NCBI RefSeq assembly: GCF_018977255.1
Contig: NW_024704742.1
Location: forward strand, 113,400,001 to 113,464,000
Reading direction: 5' to 3'
Length of the DNA: 64,000 bases
Source of the DNA: Callorhinchus milii
Lineage: Eukaryota
Under the pieces are notes generated by a model, which was not told the origin of the DNA, did not search any database, and saw nothing but the letters and a program-made list of their open reading frames with translations. Every line of letters starts with the position of its first letter. The first letter of the stretch is position 1. Below, in pieces: positions 10,129 through 21,360 of this stretch. The position numbers and the translations under genes were made by a program.

Positions 10129-11405
10129 GTCCGCAAACTCAAACCCACCAGCTGCTCCCTCGATCCCATCCTCACCTCTCTCCTCATCTCCCAGCTCCAC
10201 CTTCTGGCCCCTCTCCTGTCCGGCAGCTGGAAAGGAGGGATGGGTCCAGGGAAGGTTTTTTCAACATGGGGGTGATGACGGTTGTTTTTAGGGAGATGGG
10301 AACTGACCCCGTGGACAAAGAGAGGTTGATGACGTCGGCCAGAAGAGGGACCAGAAGGTGGAGCTGGGAGATAAGGAGAAAGGTGGGGATTGGATCGAGA
10401 GTGGTGGGTTTGAGTTTGCGGACAGCCATGGTGAGGGAGAAGGGAGAGATGGGGTCGAAGGAGTATAGCGGGGGATGGGTAGGGGATGGGTCATGAGGGA
10501 GAGGTGATGTGGGGGTGGCTGTGGACGGGGCAGAGAACGTATCCCCTTGATTTTGGATTTGAATTTCCTACAGTTGAATGTGAACAAGACTGAGGTCCTC
10601 TTGATTGACTCGCGCCAGCGCCTCTGCACCTCAGGCTCTGGCAGCATCAACCTCCATGGTTGCACACTACAACTCACCAAATCAGTCAGGAACCTAGGTG
10701 TCTTGTTCGACCCTCAACTGTCTTTTCTTCCCCACATCCAAGCCATGACCCCCTCTGCCTTCACCTCTGTAACACTGCCCGACTCTGCCATTACCTCACC
10801 CCTCAGGCCCTGAAACTCTTGTTCATGCCTTCATCACCTCCAGGCTCGACTATGCAAATCCCCTGCTTGTCAACCTTCCCAACTCCTTCCTCCACAGGCT
10901 GCAGATAATCCAGGACGCTGAGCCTGGGTCCTCTCCCGCACCAAACTCCGTGACCCCGTCTCCCCCTCTCGCTCGACTCCACTGGCTCCCTATCCTTCAG
11001 AGGATCTGGTTCAAGATCCTGGTCCTCACCTACAAAGCCCTCCATGGCCTCACCCCACCCTACCTCTGTGACCTCCTAATCCCCTACCAACCCGCCAGCT
11101 CCCTCCGCTCAGGCGGCTCCGGCCTGCTCCACGTCCCCCGCCCCACCCGCTCCACCATTCAGCCACTCTGCCCCCAACCTCTGGAATTCCATCCCCCAAT
11201 CATTCCGCCTCGCCCCCTCCTTAGCCTCCTTCAAGTCCCAGCCTCAAGATCCTCCTCTTCGACCATGCCATCGGCCACCCCCCTTCCCCTCCCTTCTTCC
11301 CCCCTGACCCCAGCTCGGGTTTAAATGCTGTAGCTGTCCAGCGCCTTGGGACATCCTCTCAACCTGAAAGGCACTATACAAATGTAATCTTGTTGTTATT
11401 GTTGT
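10129..11405. mobile_element. Rearranged L2 LINE fragments (+ 10129-10222, - 10223-10520, + 10545-11405)
   Basis: LDPIPT..LL..INLSLSTG.VP..LK..VITP.LKKPSLDP on the minus strand; NFLQLNVNKTEVLLI..VRNLGVLFD..LHWLPILQRI.FKILVLTYKALHGL on the plus strand; 3' stem-loop and TTG tail. Confidence 0.88.
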
Positions 11406-11407
11406 GA

Positions 11408-11776
<369 letters not shown>

Positions 11777-12109
11777 TAATTGCATTGGCTCATCCTGTAC
11801 CAATGGTGTGGGGTTTTACCTCCTTTTTTAAAAAGAGCAAATTAAGAAATAAAAGGGAGCAATGGCACAGACTGAATTATCTCTGTGATGCTGAAAATTG
11901 CTGTTTCTATGTATATGGAAATGCATACACTGAGAGTCTTACACGGTCCTATACACTTAGGTAATATTACTCAATGACAGATGCGGATATTGCCTTGTAG
12001 CAAGAATCATTCATAAGAGGATACATTTATGATAAATACATTCATCAATTTGTTTTTGTTGTTGCTGCTGTGGAGTTTGTGAAATTTGAGCCTGTAAACT
12101 CACTTCTTG

Positions 12110-12700
12110 ATCAGCTTGTTTCAGTTGGTAGCACGCTATAGGACAGAAGGTAATGGGTTTGAGGTCCGAACCAGAATGGGATTAGATGGAGGCCTGTAGC
12201 TCAGTGGTTAGAGCACTTGCTTTGCAAGCGAGAGACCTGAGTTCAGTTCCAGGCAGGGCGAAACCTTGGGCAAGTTTCCTTACCCCACACGCCTAATAAT
12301 AATCCCTCCAAAAAAAAACAATAATAAATTGGTCATTTTCAATCTACGACTGTTTGTGGGACATTGCTGTGCGCAATTGGCTGCCGCGTTCGCCCACAAA
12401 TATACAGTCAATTCACTTTACAGTGTGTTCTGTGAAGCGCTTTGGGACGTCCTCCCGACATGAAAAGCACTATATCAAAATGCAAGGATTATTATTATTA
12501 TTATAGATAGCACGCAGTGTAGGACTGAGGACCTGCTATATTGTTCAAGGTGCCAACTGAAGTTGAGACTTCGTACCGAGGTCCCAGCTGCGGTTCTGCT
12601 GGATCATGTGGACAATGAAGATCTTGGCAATATTTTGAAGATGAGCAGAGTTCTCCTAGTGTCCTGGCCTGTATTCTTCGATAATCTGGGGGTCACCAAA
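12110..12700 (+). mobile_element. Old Deu-domain SINE (SacSINE1/AmnSINE1-like), interrupted by a younger SINE
   Basis: A tRNA-like head at 12110-12187 (TCAGTTGGTAGCAC..CAGAAGGT..GGGTTTGAG) resumes at ~12509 with AGGTGCC..GAGAC..ACCGAGGTCC..GTTCTCC..GTGTCCTGGCC, collinear with the copy at 52898-53338. Confidence 0.7.
12188..12503 (+). mobile_element. Full-length young tRNA(Ala)-derived SINE
   Basis: Near-identical to 8938-9270; TAGAT direct repeats at 12183-12187 and 12504-12508. Confidence 0.93.
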
Positions 12701-13196
12701 AAAAAGTTTAATTTGTAAACTGTGCGAATTTATTAACTGAGAGAACTGTTAACAGAACCTTTCAATTTCATGGCTGCTGTGAAATCTACCATAAGGAGTT
12801 TAGGGCGGGTGGGGAATGGGGCTTGTGGGGGGTAATGTTGCGTATCCATTGTCGGCTGTGATCTCAAAGCTGGACGTATGACTCTCCAGTCGTTATTGCA
12901 CTATACTGAAAAGTAATTCACTATTAATTCATGGAAAACACTACCACCAATAGGTCATATATTATAGTGTATTAGCAGTGATTTACAAGGTATTAATGCA
13001 ATAAAAAATCCTCATGATATCCCAGCCAGCGAGAGCTGAACTCAGGAACTTTATCAATATCAGCATAATTGCAGGATTGAGTTACAGTACTGCTTAAACA
13101 TGCCGCCAGGCATTTGTTCATGATATAACATAGCGGATGTGTCGTGTGCGAAAAACCAGTCCAGTTTTCATTAGTTTTTATAAAGAGATCAGCAAT

Positions 13197-13772
13197 TAAA
13201 ACAATAACTTGGACTTATATAGTGGCTTCCACACAGGACAGCATCTCGGAGCGCTTAACAGTGGCGGAGCCTGACTCTGAGCCGGTGGGGTGGGGGGATG
13301 TGACCATAAGCATGGTCGAAAGGGAAGATCTTAAAGCAGGACTTGAAAAAGGGGAGCGAGGGGGCAAGGCAGAGGGATTGAGGGAGAGTTTTCCAAAGTT
13401 TCAGGGCATTGTGGAGTCCTGTAGCTCAGTGGTTAAAGCACTCGCTTTGCAAGTGAGAGATCTGGGTTCGATTCCCGGCAGGGCGAAACCTTGGGCAAGT
13501 TTCCTTACTTCACACAGAGCCTAATAATAATCCCTCTAAAAAAACAAAACAATAATAAATTGGTCATTTTCAATCCATGACTGTTTGTGGGACATTGCTG
13601 TGCACAATTGGCTGCCGCGTTCGCCCACAAATATACAGTCAATTCACTTTACAGTGTGTTCTGTGAAGCGCTTTGGGACGTCCTCCCGACGTGAAAAGCG
13701 CTATATCAAATGCAAGGATTATTATTATTATTATAGTGGCTGAAAGCGCGACCTCCAATTGTGGAGCAGAGG
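13197..13772 (-). mobile_element. L2 LINE 3' fragment interrupted by a SINE
   Basis: GAGGGAGAGT.TTCCA.AGTTTCAGGGC|..AGTGGCTGAAAGC is continuous in the L2 copy at 37820-37862 but split here. Confidence 0.8.
13413..13733 (+). mobile_element. Full-length young tRNA(Ala)-derived SINE
   Basis: Near-identical to 8938-9270. Confidence 0.93.
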
Positions 13773-13816
13773 GTAAGTGACTTGTTTCCAGGTTTTAGCA
13801 CCACCATGTTTAGGTC

Positions 13817-14170
13817 TCAGCCTGGCTCGTTTGATAGCATTTGTGCCTCTAAATCCGTAGGTTGTGATTTACGACTTTAATATTAAGACAATAGACCAAG
13901 GTCCTGGCGGCCTGTTCAGGTGGATATTAAAGATCCCATGGTGCTACTGTATTTGAAAAGAGGAGTTTCTCCCCTTGTCCTAACCAGCAAATAAAACTGA
14001 TGGCTCACTCCATGGCTGTTTGTGGGACATTGTTATTGCAATTTGGCTTCAGATTCAACTACAGAAATCACAGTGACTGCATGTTAGAGTAAATCCTGTG
14101 AAACGCTCTGAGATGTTTCACCAAAGTGATGAGCCGTTATATCAAATGCAAAGATTAAAAGATTATTATT
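13817..14170 (+). mobile_element. Old Deu-domain SINE
   Basis: CAGCCTGGCTC head, ACCAAGGTCCTG..CAGGTGGA..TAAAGATCCCATGG core and the shared tail. Confidence 0.72.
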
Positions 14171-14539
14171 TTATTATTGTTGAATCCTCAGATGAATACT
14201 TTTTATTTTAGGCGCTGCTTTAGGCTCTCGAAGTTATATTCTCTGTGCAGTAGTAAATTTCCCTGTGCAGTAGTACATTTCCCTGAATTGAGTACTGAAA
14301 TCTGAGCAATACACCCCCTATGTAATATCAAGAATTTTGTGAAAGCTTTGGGGCAATTCATTGAGATAAATGTTATTATCTTAATGGAATGTCTCAAAGC
14401 CTTCACAAGATTCACTATATAGTAAAATGACTATGGGATGTGCAGTGACCTAAATAGCAGTATTTGTAAAATAAATGGAAAACAGTAAAGAATGGCCGAT
14501 AACATCAGTAACTTAGTTCTGATGTTCTCTTTCTTCTGG

Positions 14540-15020
14540 TTAGAAGGAATTTCTTCACTCAGAGTAATGTTGGGGTATGGTATTCATTACTAAATTGTTA
14601 TTGAGGTTGGATCATTCAAAGCATTCAAAAGAGAGCTGCTGAGAAGTAAAAACTTGAAGAAAGGAGGGGTTAATAAAAAAAGTAACTTAGAATAAAAGAT
14701 AGCAGGACCACAGACTCAATGGGCTGAACGTCTTTTTTCAGTGCTGAAAATGTCACCTTACATGTCACCTTACATGTTTTCAGAACTGCTTCTTGGGTTG
14801 TTGATTCGCTCGACCCCTCCCTTGCCTCCTTCAAAGCCCATCTCAAGATCCTCCTCTTCAACCACACTTTTGGTCACCTTTTACCCATATCCTCCCTGCT
14901 GTCCACCCTTCCTGATCCCGACCTCCAGCTCAGGTCCAAATCCTTGACTGTCCAGCTCCTTGGGACGGACGTACTCCTGACGGGAAAGGCGCTATCCAAA
15001 TGTAATTTGTTGTTGTTGAT
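14540..15020 (+). mobile_element. Degenerate CR1 3' end (~14540-14745) followed by an L2 3' end (~14805-15020)
   Basis: AGGAATTTCTTCACTCAGAG..ATGGGCTGAA (CR1-like), then CCTCCTTCAAAGCCCATCTCAAGA..GGCGCTAT..TTGTTGTTG (L2-like). Confidence 0.65.
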
Positions 15021-16967
15021 TTGCACCTCACCAGCAGTTATAGTCCTTGGAAGGCAATAATAATCATTGCATTTGGTGTAGCATCTTTTCACACCATCGA
15101 AACATCTCAAAGCACTTCACATTACTTACTGTGAAATGTAGTGACTGTATATTTGTAGGTGAATGATGTGTTTTCCTTGCAGTGACACAATCAATAACCA
15201 ACATTCACAGGAAGAGAGAAGGGATGAACATTGATTTAACTGTACAGTGTGCTTAAAATTCAAGCTTTGTTATCATCAATCCATGAATGTGTATAATAAT
15301 GCCAGTGTAGGGGCAGGAGGATAGTCTACCTGGGACTACAGTATGCAACACACTTTTTGTGGTAGGAGTACCAGGCACATGTGTAATCATTTATCTTCCA
15401 AACATACTGCTGGATCAGAATGCCAGGACTCATACCCACTCCCCACCCACTGTAACTGTACACTACGGAGATCAAAAAAAAGTATTTGGATATATTCTTA
15501 CCATTAGACTGCAAAGAAAATGATGCTCACCTGGTAAAGGTTTGTAGTTCATAAATGTGTGTCATTAAATCATTATAAGCAAAGAGAAATAACAAACTTC
15601 ATTAAATATTGAAGAATCACTGGCTTTTTGCTTCAAATTTAAGACGTTGCATCAAATTTGGACATAAAAACAAAGTAGTATCATGAAGAGGTACTCAGAC
15701 TCTGCCCATACCGAACCCAAAATTACTCAACTAAGGACCTGCAATCATTCCAAGCAAACACAAAGTAGTGTAATTTTGGTGTTTAGTTTTTATTCTGGCC
15801 TGCTCGCTGTATGTCCCAGCTCCAATTTATACAAACTGAAGGCCATCCAGAGCTCTGCAAACCATGTCCTAGCCCCATAATATATTGAAAAGACAAGCCA
15901 GACAAGTCAGCCCTCTATCAAATAGAAACTTTGACCGTTTTCCGCAGTGTTTTTAGTGGATATATAGATTCCTTATATTGCTATGAATAGTCTCCTTGAA
16001 CAATTAACAGCGATTGAATTGTTTAAGTTGGGAGAATAGGTTCCAAATTAAAATGTGTACATCTGTCCCGTACCTAACTTTTAGTACTGGCTAAATTTTC
16101 TCTGAAGAACATCCAAACATCGAAATGATTCTCCCAGATTTAAGCAAATAAACATTTTAGTTAATTCTTGAATAAAACAACATTTAATTCATAGATGTCT
16201 TTTATAAAAAATAATATTAGACAAAGAGACTTGTTTCATTTTGCCCCAGGTTTAATGATTTTGAAGTAAAATCGACAAATGGAGAATTCTAGTTCCACAG
16301 TTCTGGCATGCTATAGACCTTTTCTAGTGGGTAGTGGCAGTCACTTTAGTTTGGCAAAGATCATTTCCTTTGAGTCCTGGGATTGCAATTTCATACAATC
16401 TTGTTTGCTTTGCTTGGCAAAATGTTTAAATTACACAACCTATGACGCATTGGGCTCTGTCTCTGGGTTACGTTTTAATAATTGGAACAAAACAAAATCA
16501 GAGCATTGAACATTCTAATTGCTATTTTCTGCATAAAGCACAATCAGATATGTTTAATAATTGTTTGTACTGGACTCTTGCTTATTAGTTCAGCCATTTC
16601 GGAGGTTGCCAACTTTATTGTCCTTTCCGTAAAAGTTTTAAAAAAAATTCTCAATAAATTTTCGCAGGAGACTTTTGTTAGAACAAACCTTTTTTTAAAA
16701 TTCATGAAATGAAATTATTTAATAAATGATGCCAATAATCTGTACACAGACATAAGGGTATAATCTCCTGTCAAATATATAATCTTGCTGAGGGAGGATG
16801 GGTGGGAGAAGATAAATGGGGTCTCATTGGAGTTGACAAGGTCACTTGCTTGGCAACAAAATGTCAGAATCAAGTCAACCCTCTGTGGTAGTCTCAGTAG
16901 TCCATTTTCTGAGCCAGGTGGGTCTGCAGTACTCCAGGGCATTCCTGTTGATACCCCAGCCATTTTT

Positions 16968-17215
16968 GCTCATTAGTAGAACTTACTATTGGACCAGACT
17001 AGCCACTGGGGGCAGGGATTCTTCCCATTCAGTTGCTGTTAACCCTGCAAGCCAAAGGAAGGACTGGTCTGGTGGTCCTGTCTGGACAAGCAGAAGGAAT
17101 CTTGCCAGACAGTGCTTTCAATTGCAAATTGATTAATTGGTTAAGCTCCAACAGTACCCCAACACACAGTCTGGGATCCCTAAGCCTTGATTCTTGCCAA
17201 GCTGTACTAATACTC
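16968..17215 (+). repeat. Unclassified old repeat, copy 1
   Basis: Reverse-complement homologue of 19205-19465 (shared CACTGGGGGCAGGGA, CCCTGCAAGCCA, TTGCCAGACAGTG, AAGCCTTG, CTAATACTC). Confidence 0.8.
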
Positions 17216-17334
17216 CCTCGCTATGGTTCTAATGGAGCTGGTAGCCGTGGGGAACGAAGTTAGATCAACAGCTCAGTGTGTGTAACAGTAAAGTTAAAGA
17301 TGAAGTTTGTGGCATTCAACAATGCCTTCCCCAC

Positions 17335-17790
17335 TCAATATGAAACCTAGAGTGCTGCTTATAGTTCTGGTCAATGCAATATAAGAAGCCCAAGCCCTAG
17401 AATGGAGAAATGATAGAAGCAACCAGGATGATCCTTAGTGTTAGAGGAATGAGCTATGAGCAATGAAATAAGCTAAGGTTCAGACTTGAGAAAAGTCCAG
17501 GAGCACCTTATACAGGGTATATACCATTTTAATTGGGATTGAATGAGTAAACTCATAACAATATTTTAGGATGCACCACAACAGTAGAACAAGAGGACAT
17601 AGGTTTAGATTGCAAAGGACAGTTTCAGGACAGACATCAAGAAGCAGTTTTTTCTTTAAACAGAGGGTATTTAACAACTGGAACAAATTGCTAGGAAGCA
17701 TGGTTGAGGCTTGAACACTGGATTAGGTTATAAAACATCTAATGCTATGATAGGGTGGTATTCCAAAAGGATGAGATTAGGTGGGCCAAA
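17335..17790 (+). mobile_element. Degenerate CR1 LINE 3' region
   Basis: CCTAGAGTGCTG..GTTCTGGTC..GCAACCAGGATGAT..GAGCTATGAG..AGAACAAGAGGACAT..TTCTTTAAACAGAGGGT. Confidence 0.7.
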
Positions 17791-19204
17791 GGGAACGCAA
17801 ACTTTACCCAAATGTCTATTTACAACCAAATTTGCAACCTGAAGCACAATAAATGTCAGACACTAAACAAAGCAATATATAAAGTACATTACATAAGAAA
17901 TTCCGCACTGGGTCAAAATACCCTTTAGTTGGAACATTTCCACATATATTTTGTCCCAATTCAATGTTTTACAAAGTTATCAATGCAGCTAATTTAGATT
18001 GTGTTCACTCTCCTATTCGCAATCTTTTCCTCCCATCTTGTAAGAATGACATGAGCTCAGCATCATTCATATAACAGTTTGTGGTAGAGTGCATGATTGT
18101 TTCAAAGTCCTCTGATTTAACCATTTAAATGCCAAAGCTATCACCTCTGCAATCTCTTTCAAGTAGATGTAGTTTCCTTACTAAATTTTCTTTGGCATGA
18201 AATCAAAGCAACCAACCACAGAAGGGCAAGTGCAAGCAAGAACCATATCTCAACATACTTATTCAGAACAAAGCAATAATTGAATTCAGCATAAAGTGTT
18301 TGATGCATCTAGATAAATACCAAAAAAGGGAGGCAACTACAGGAGTATGGGGAAAGGGCACGTAAATAGAACTGAAAGGATTGCTCTTAAAGGAGCTAGC
18401 ACAGACACAGTGCATTGAATGGCCTTATTCTGTGCTGTAAGCGCTCTGAGATGCGTTCCAGTGTGGAGGCGCTCTACAAATCCAAGTTGTTGTTGTTGTA
18501 AATTTCTATTGTTCTACACTTCTGGGTGCAGCTTATCTGAATAAATGTTTGAACTTACCACATCTTTCAGAATTTTATGCTGACAGAATTTTAAAATGTT
18601 CAATCTGGTGTGGATTCTGGTTTGCTGGTATAAATTTAGCGCTGGTCTAAATATAACTTTGAGCTCCAGTGGAGTATGCTGCATATCTATTAGTAATGTA
18701 ATTTGTATCATGGTTGAAATTAATTGGATTTCCTCCCCACCCCATAATTGGCAAAATTGCTAGATTTGCTTCACTAACAAAAGAATTGCTGCTCTTTTAA
18801 ACCCATACAGTAATGGATATATCAGGACAGACTCTCAGCGAAAGCATGACAGTGGGGTCTATTTTATGGCATTCCTTAATAGATTTCTGAAACCAATTTT
18901 CTAAAAGATTCAGTGTGCAGAAGAATACATTATCAAATTGCTAAACCATCGAATGTCCTCAAAAATACATCGTTCATGTTTTAAACTTTTGAATTTACTG
19001 AAGAATGCAATTTTCAGCATATTACTTGCTTTAGAAATATGATAATTACCATTTTCTGTTAATTTTTCTTGGTCAGCTAGGTGTCTGATCCAGACCAAAC
19101 TGTTCCATGCATCTCACCTATACATGGGAATTCCAGAGATATTTATTGGAATGGAATCTGTGATCCCTCCCTGTTGGGATGCATACTGCTTACCCAATTC
19201 CAGA

Positions 19205-19465
19205 GAGTATTAGGCTCAGGTTGGCAAAAGCCAAGGCTTGGGGACTCTAGAGTCTGTGTTGGAGTACTGCTGGATTCTACCCAGCTAAAATCGCATAGCT
19301 TGCCATTCCAAACTTGCTACACTGTCTGGCAAACTTTTCTGCTGCTTTGTCCAGCTAGGACCACCCTATCTGTTAGGGCTCTGGCTTGCAGGGCTAACCG
19401 TAGCTGAGAGGGAAGAGTCCCTGCCCCCAGTGACTGGTCTGCCCTTCCAAGTCCTGCCAATGAGC
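19205..19465 (-). repeat. Unclassified old repeat, copy 2 (inverted relative to copy 1)
   Basis: Shares the collinear blocks listed for 16968-17215. Confidence 0.8.
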
Positions 19466-20596
19466 CTTTTTCATTAAGAAATATTGCAAATTGGACCCAA
19501 TGGACAGCAACTTAAATAACAAAACAGGTATTTATGTAATGCATTTCATGCAGGATAGCATCTCGGAACACTGAAACCAGTTGCATTTGAGGATGGATAG
19601 TGTGACCCAATATCTGCTTTTTGCTACCTTTAGCAAAATATGCTTTTCCTTTATTTATAATAGGAATTTCTACAATAAGTGAATTCCCTATTGCAAGAGA
19701 AGAGACTTGCTAAACTCTGTTGTGGAGCTTAATTCAAATGTTTTCAGTTCAGGGTGATATTTTACAGGATTTTTCTCAGTTAGTTAAATAAAAGAATAAT
19801 CGTTGCATTTGATAAAGTGCCTTTCACGTTGGGGAGATGTCTCAAGTGCTTCACAGGATTTACTGTAATATGTAGTAACTTTGTATTTGGTTGGCAAATA
19901 AGTTGTCCATGATAAAGAAGATTGCACATGTTCTGTAGAAGGAATTAGTGATAACCTCAACTGTTTTTGCTTGTTCCATTCTTTCATATTTTTATATCTA
20001 AAAATGTTCAATACTGATCGATGCATTTCTCTGTCAGGATATAAAAACAGTGCATATAAAGGTGTGAGCTATCTGCCAGCTTTTACAGCTGGCATCGATC
20101 ATAATGATTTGCTTCACTCACGAGTAATGAATAATAATATTTTTAGCTTGATCTTTAGTGTTTGGTAGGATAGCTCAGCGAGGGAGCTGAAAGAGCAGTG
20201 GAAATACTGTGCAGGGATTTAAGCTAATTGGCAGTGAGAATGATGGAGAGGAGTGCACTGCAGTCTAATCCAACTGGGATCATCTGTTTTTTGGTGATAA
20301 TGTTTTTTTCTGGCCGAGTTCTACTGAGTCCATTTCAGAATGTGATTATTGTGTTCTGATCTATCTGTTCTATGTTCTATTTATTTATGATCGCCAATGC
20401 TGTAGTTACTTTAATATTTACTAAACGCTAAAAGATTATTTCAACCCAAAATAAACGATCACCAAACTTTGCACTTTGAGACCACGGTGACTTAGAAATA
20501 TTCTGTGCATTTTTTCTAATTCTAAGGTTCAGAGAAATAAACTTACACACAAACATGTACTTGTTTGCAAACAATGCACAGGTACTTAAAGGATTA

Positions 20597-20996
20597 ATAA
20601 TAATAATCCTTATATTTGATACCTTTCGTATCAACAGAATATCTCAAAGCACGTCACAGGATATATATTAAAATTTAGTTACTTTTTGGGGAAACATAGC
20701 GTATATATAATTAGCGTATAGCATTGTCCCAAAAACAGCCAGGAAGGGAAAGACCAATTTTATCTGAAGAAATGTTGGTCAGTCCACCAGGAGAAACTCC
20801 CTTCTCTTTTTGAGTAGTGCCATGGGATTGCTACCATCCAGATGGGTCCTTGTATAACAACTGATCTGAAGGGTGGCACCACCAACAGTGCAGCACTCCC
20901 CTACAGACTATATTGGAGGATTATCCTAGTCTGTGAGATGGGCTTGAACCCACAACCTTCTGAAATAGAGAGGAGAGTGCTACCAACTGAGCCAGA
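20597..20996 (-). mobile_element. Old Deu-domain SINE, near full length
   Basis: The reverse strand begins TGGCTCAGTTGGTAGCACTCTC..CAGAAGGTTGTGGGTTCAAGCCC, carries GGAGTGCTGCACTGTTGG.GGTGCC and ATCCCATGGCACTA, and ends in the shared tail. Confidence 0.8.
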
Positions 20997-21073
20997 CTGA
21001 CATTTAATGGTCTTATAATTGTTGGATTTCAACATTAAAATTTGTGTAACCAAATTTTTAAATTCTTTTCCAG

Positions 21074-21360
21074 GTCAGTTCTACTACTTGATCCACCCTA
21101 GGAAGCTGACCTATGTTGAAGCTGTGCAAGCCTGCGTTAAGAACGGGGCAAAGATTGCTAAAGTTGGGCAGATGTATGCTGCCTGGAAGTTGCTGGGCTA
21201 TGACCGCTGTGATGCCGGCTGGCTGGCCGACGGCAGTGTCCGATACCCGATCTCCAAACCCCGCTTCCGATGCAGCGAGAGTGAAGCAGCTGTGCGCTTT
21301 GTGGGTTTCCCAGACAAGAAGCACCGGTTATATGGGGTCTACTGTTTCAAGAGCAATTGA
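21074..21360 (+). CDS. HAPLN1: HAPLN1 second Link module, last coding exon to the TGA stop
   Basis: Acceptor ttttccag|GT. Encodes GQFYYLIHPRKLTYVEAVQAC..WKLLGYDRCDAGWLADGSVRYPISKPRFRCS..FVGFPDKKHRLYGVYCFKSN*. Confidence 0.97.
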
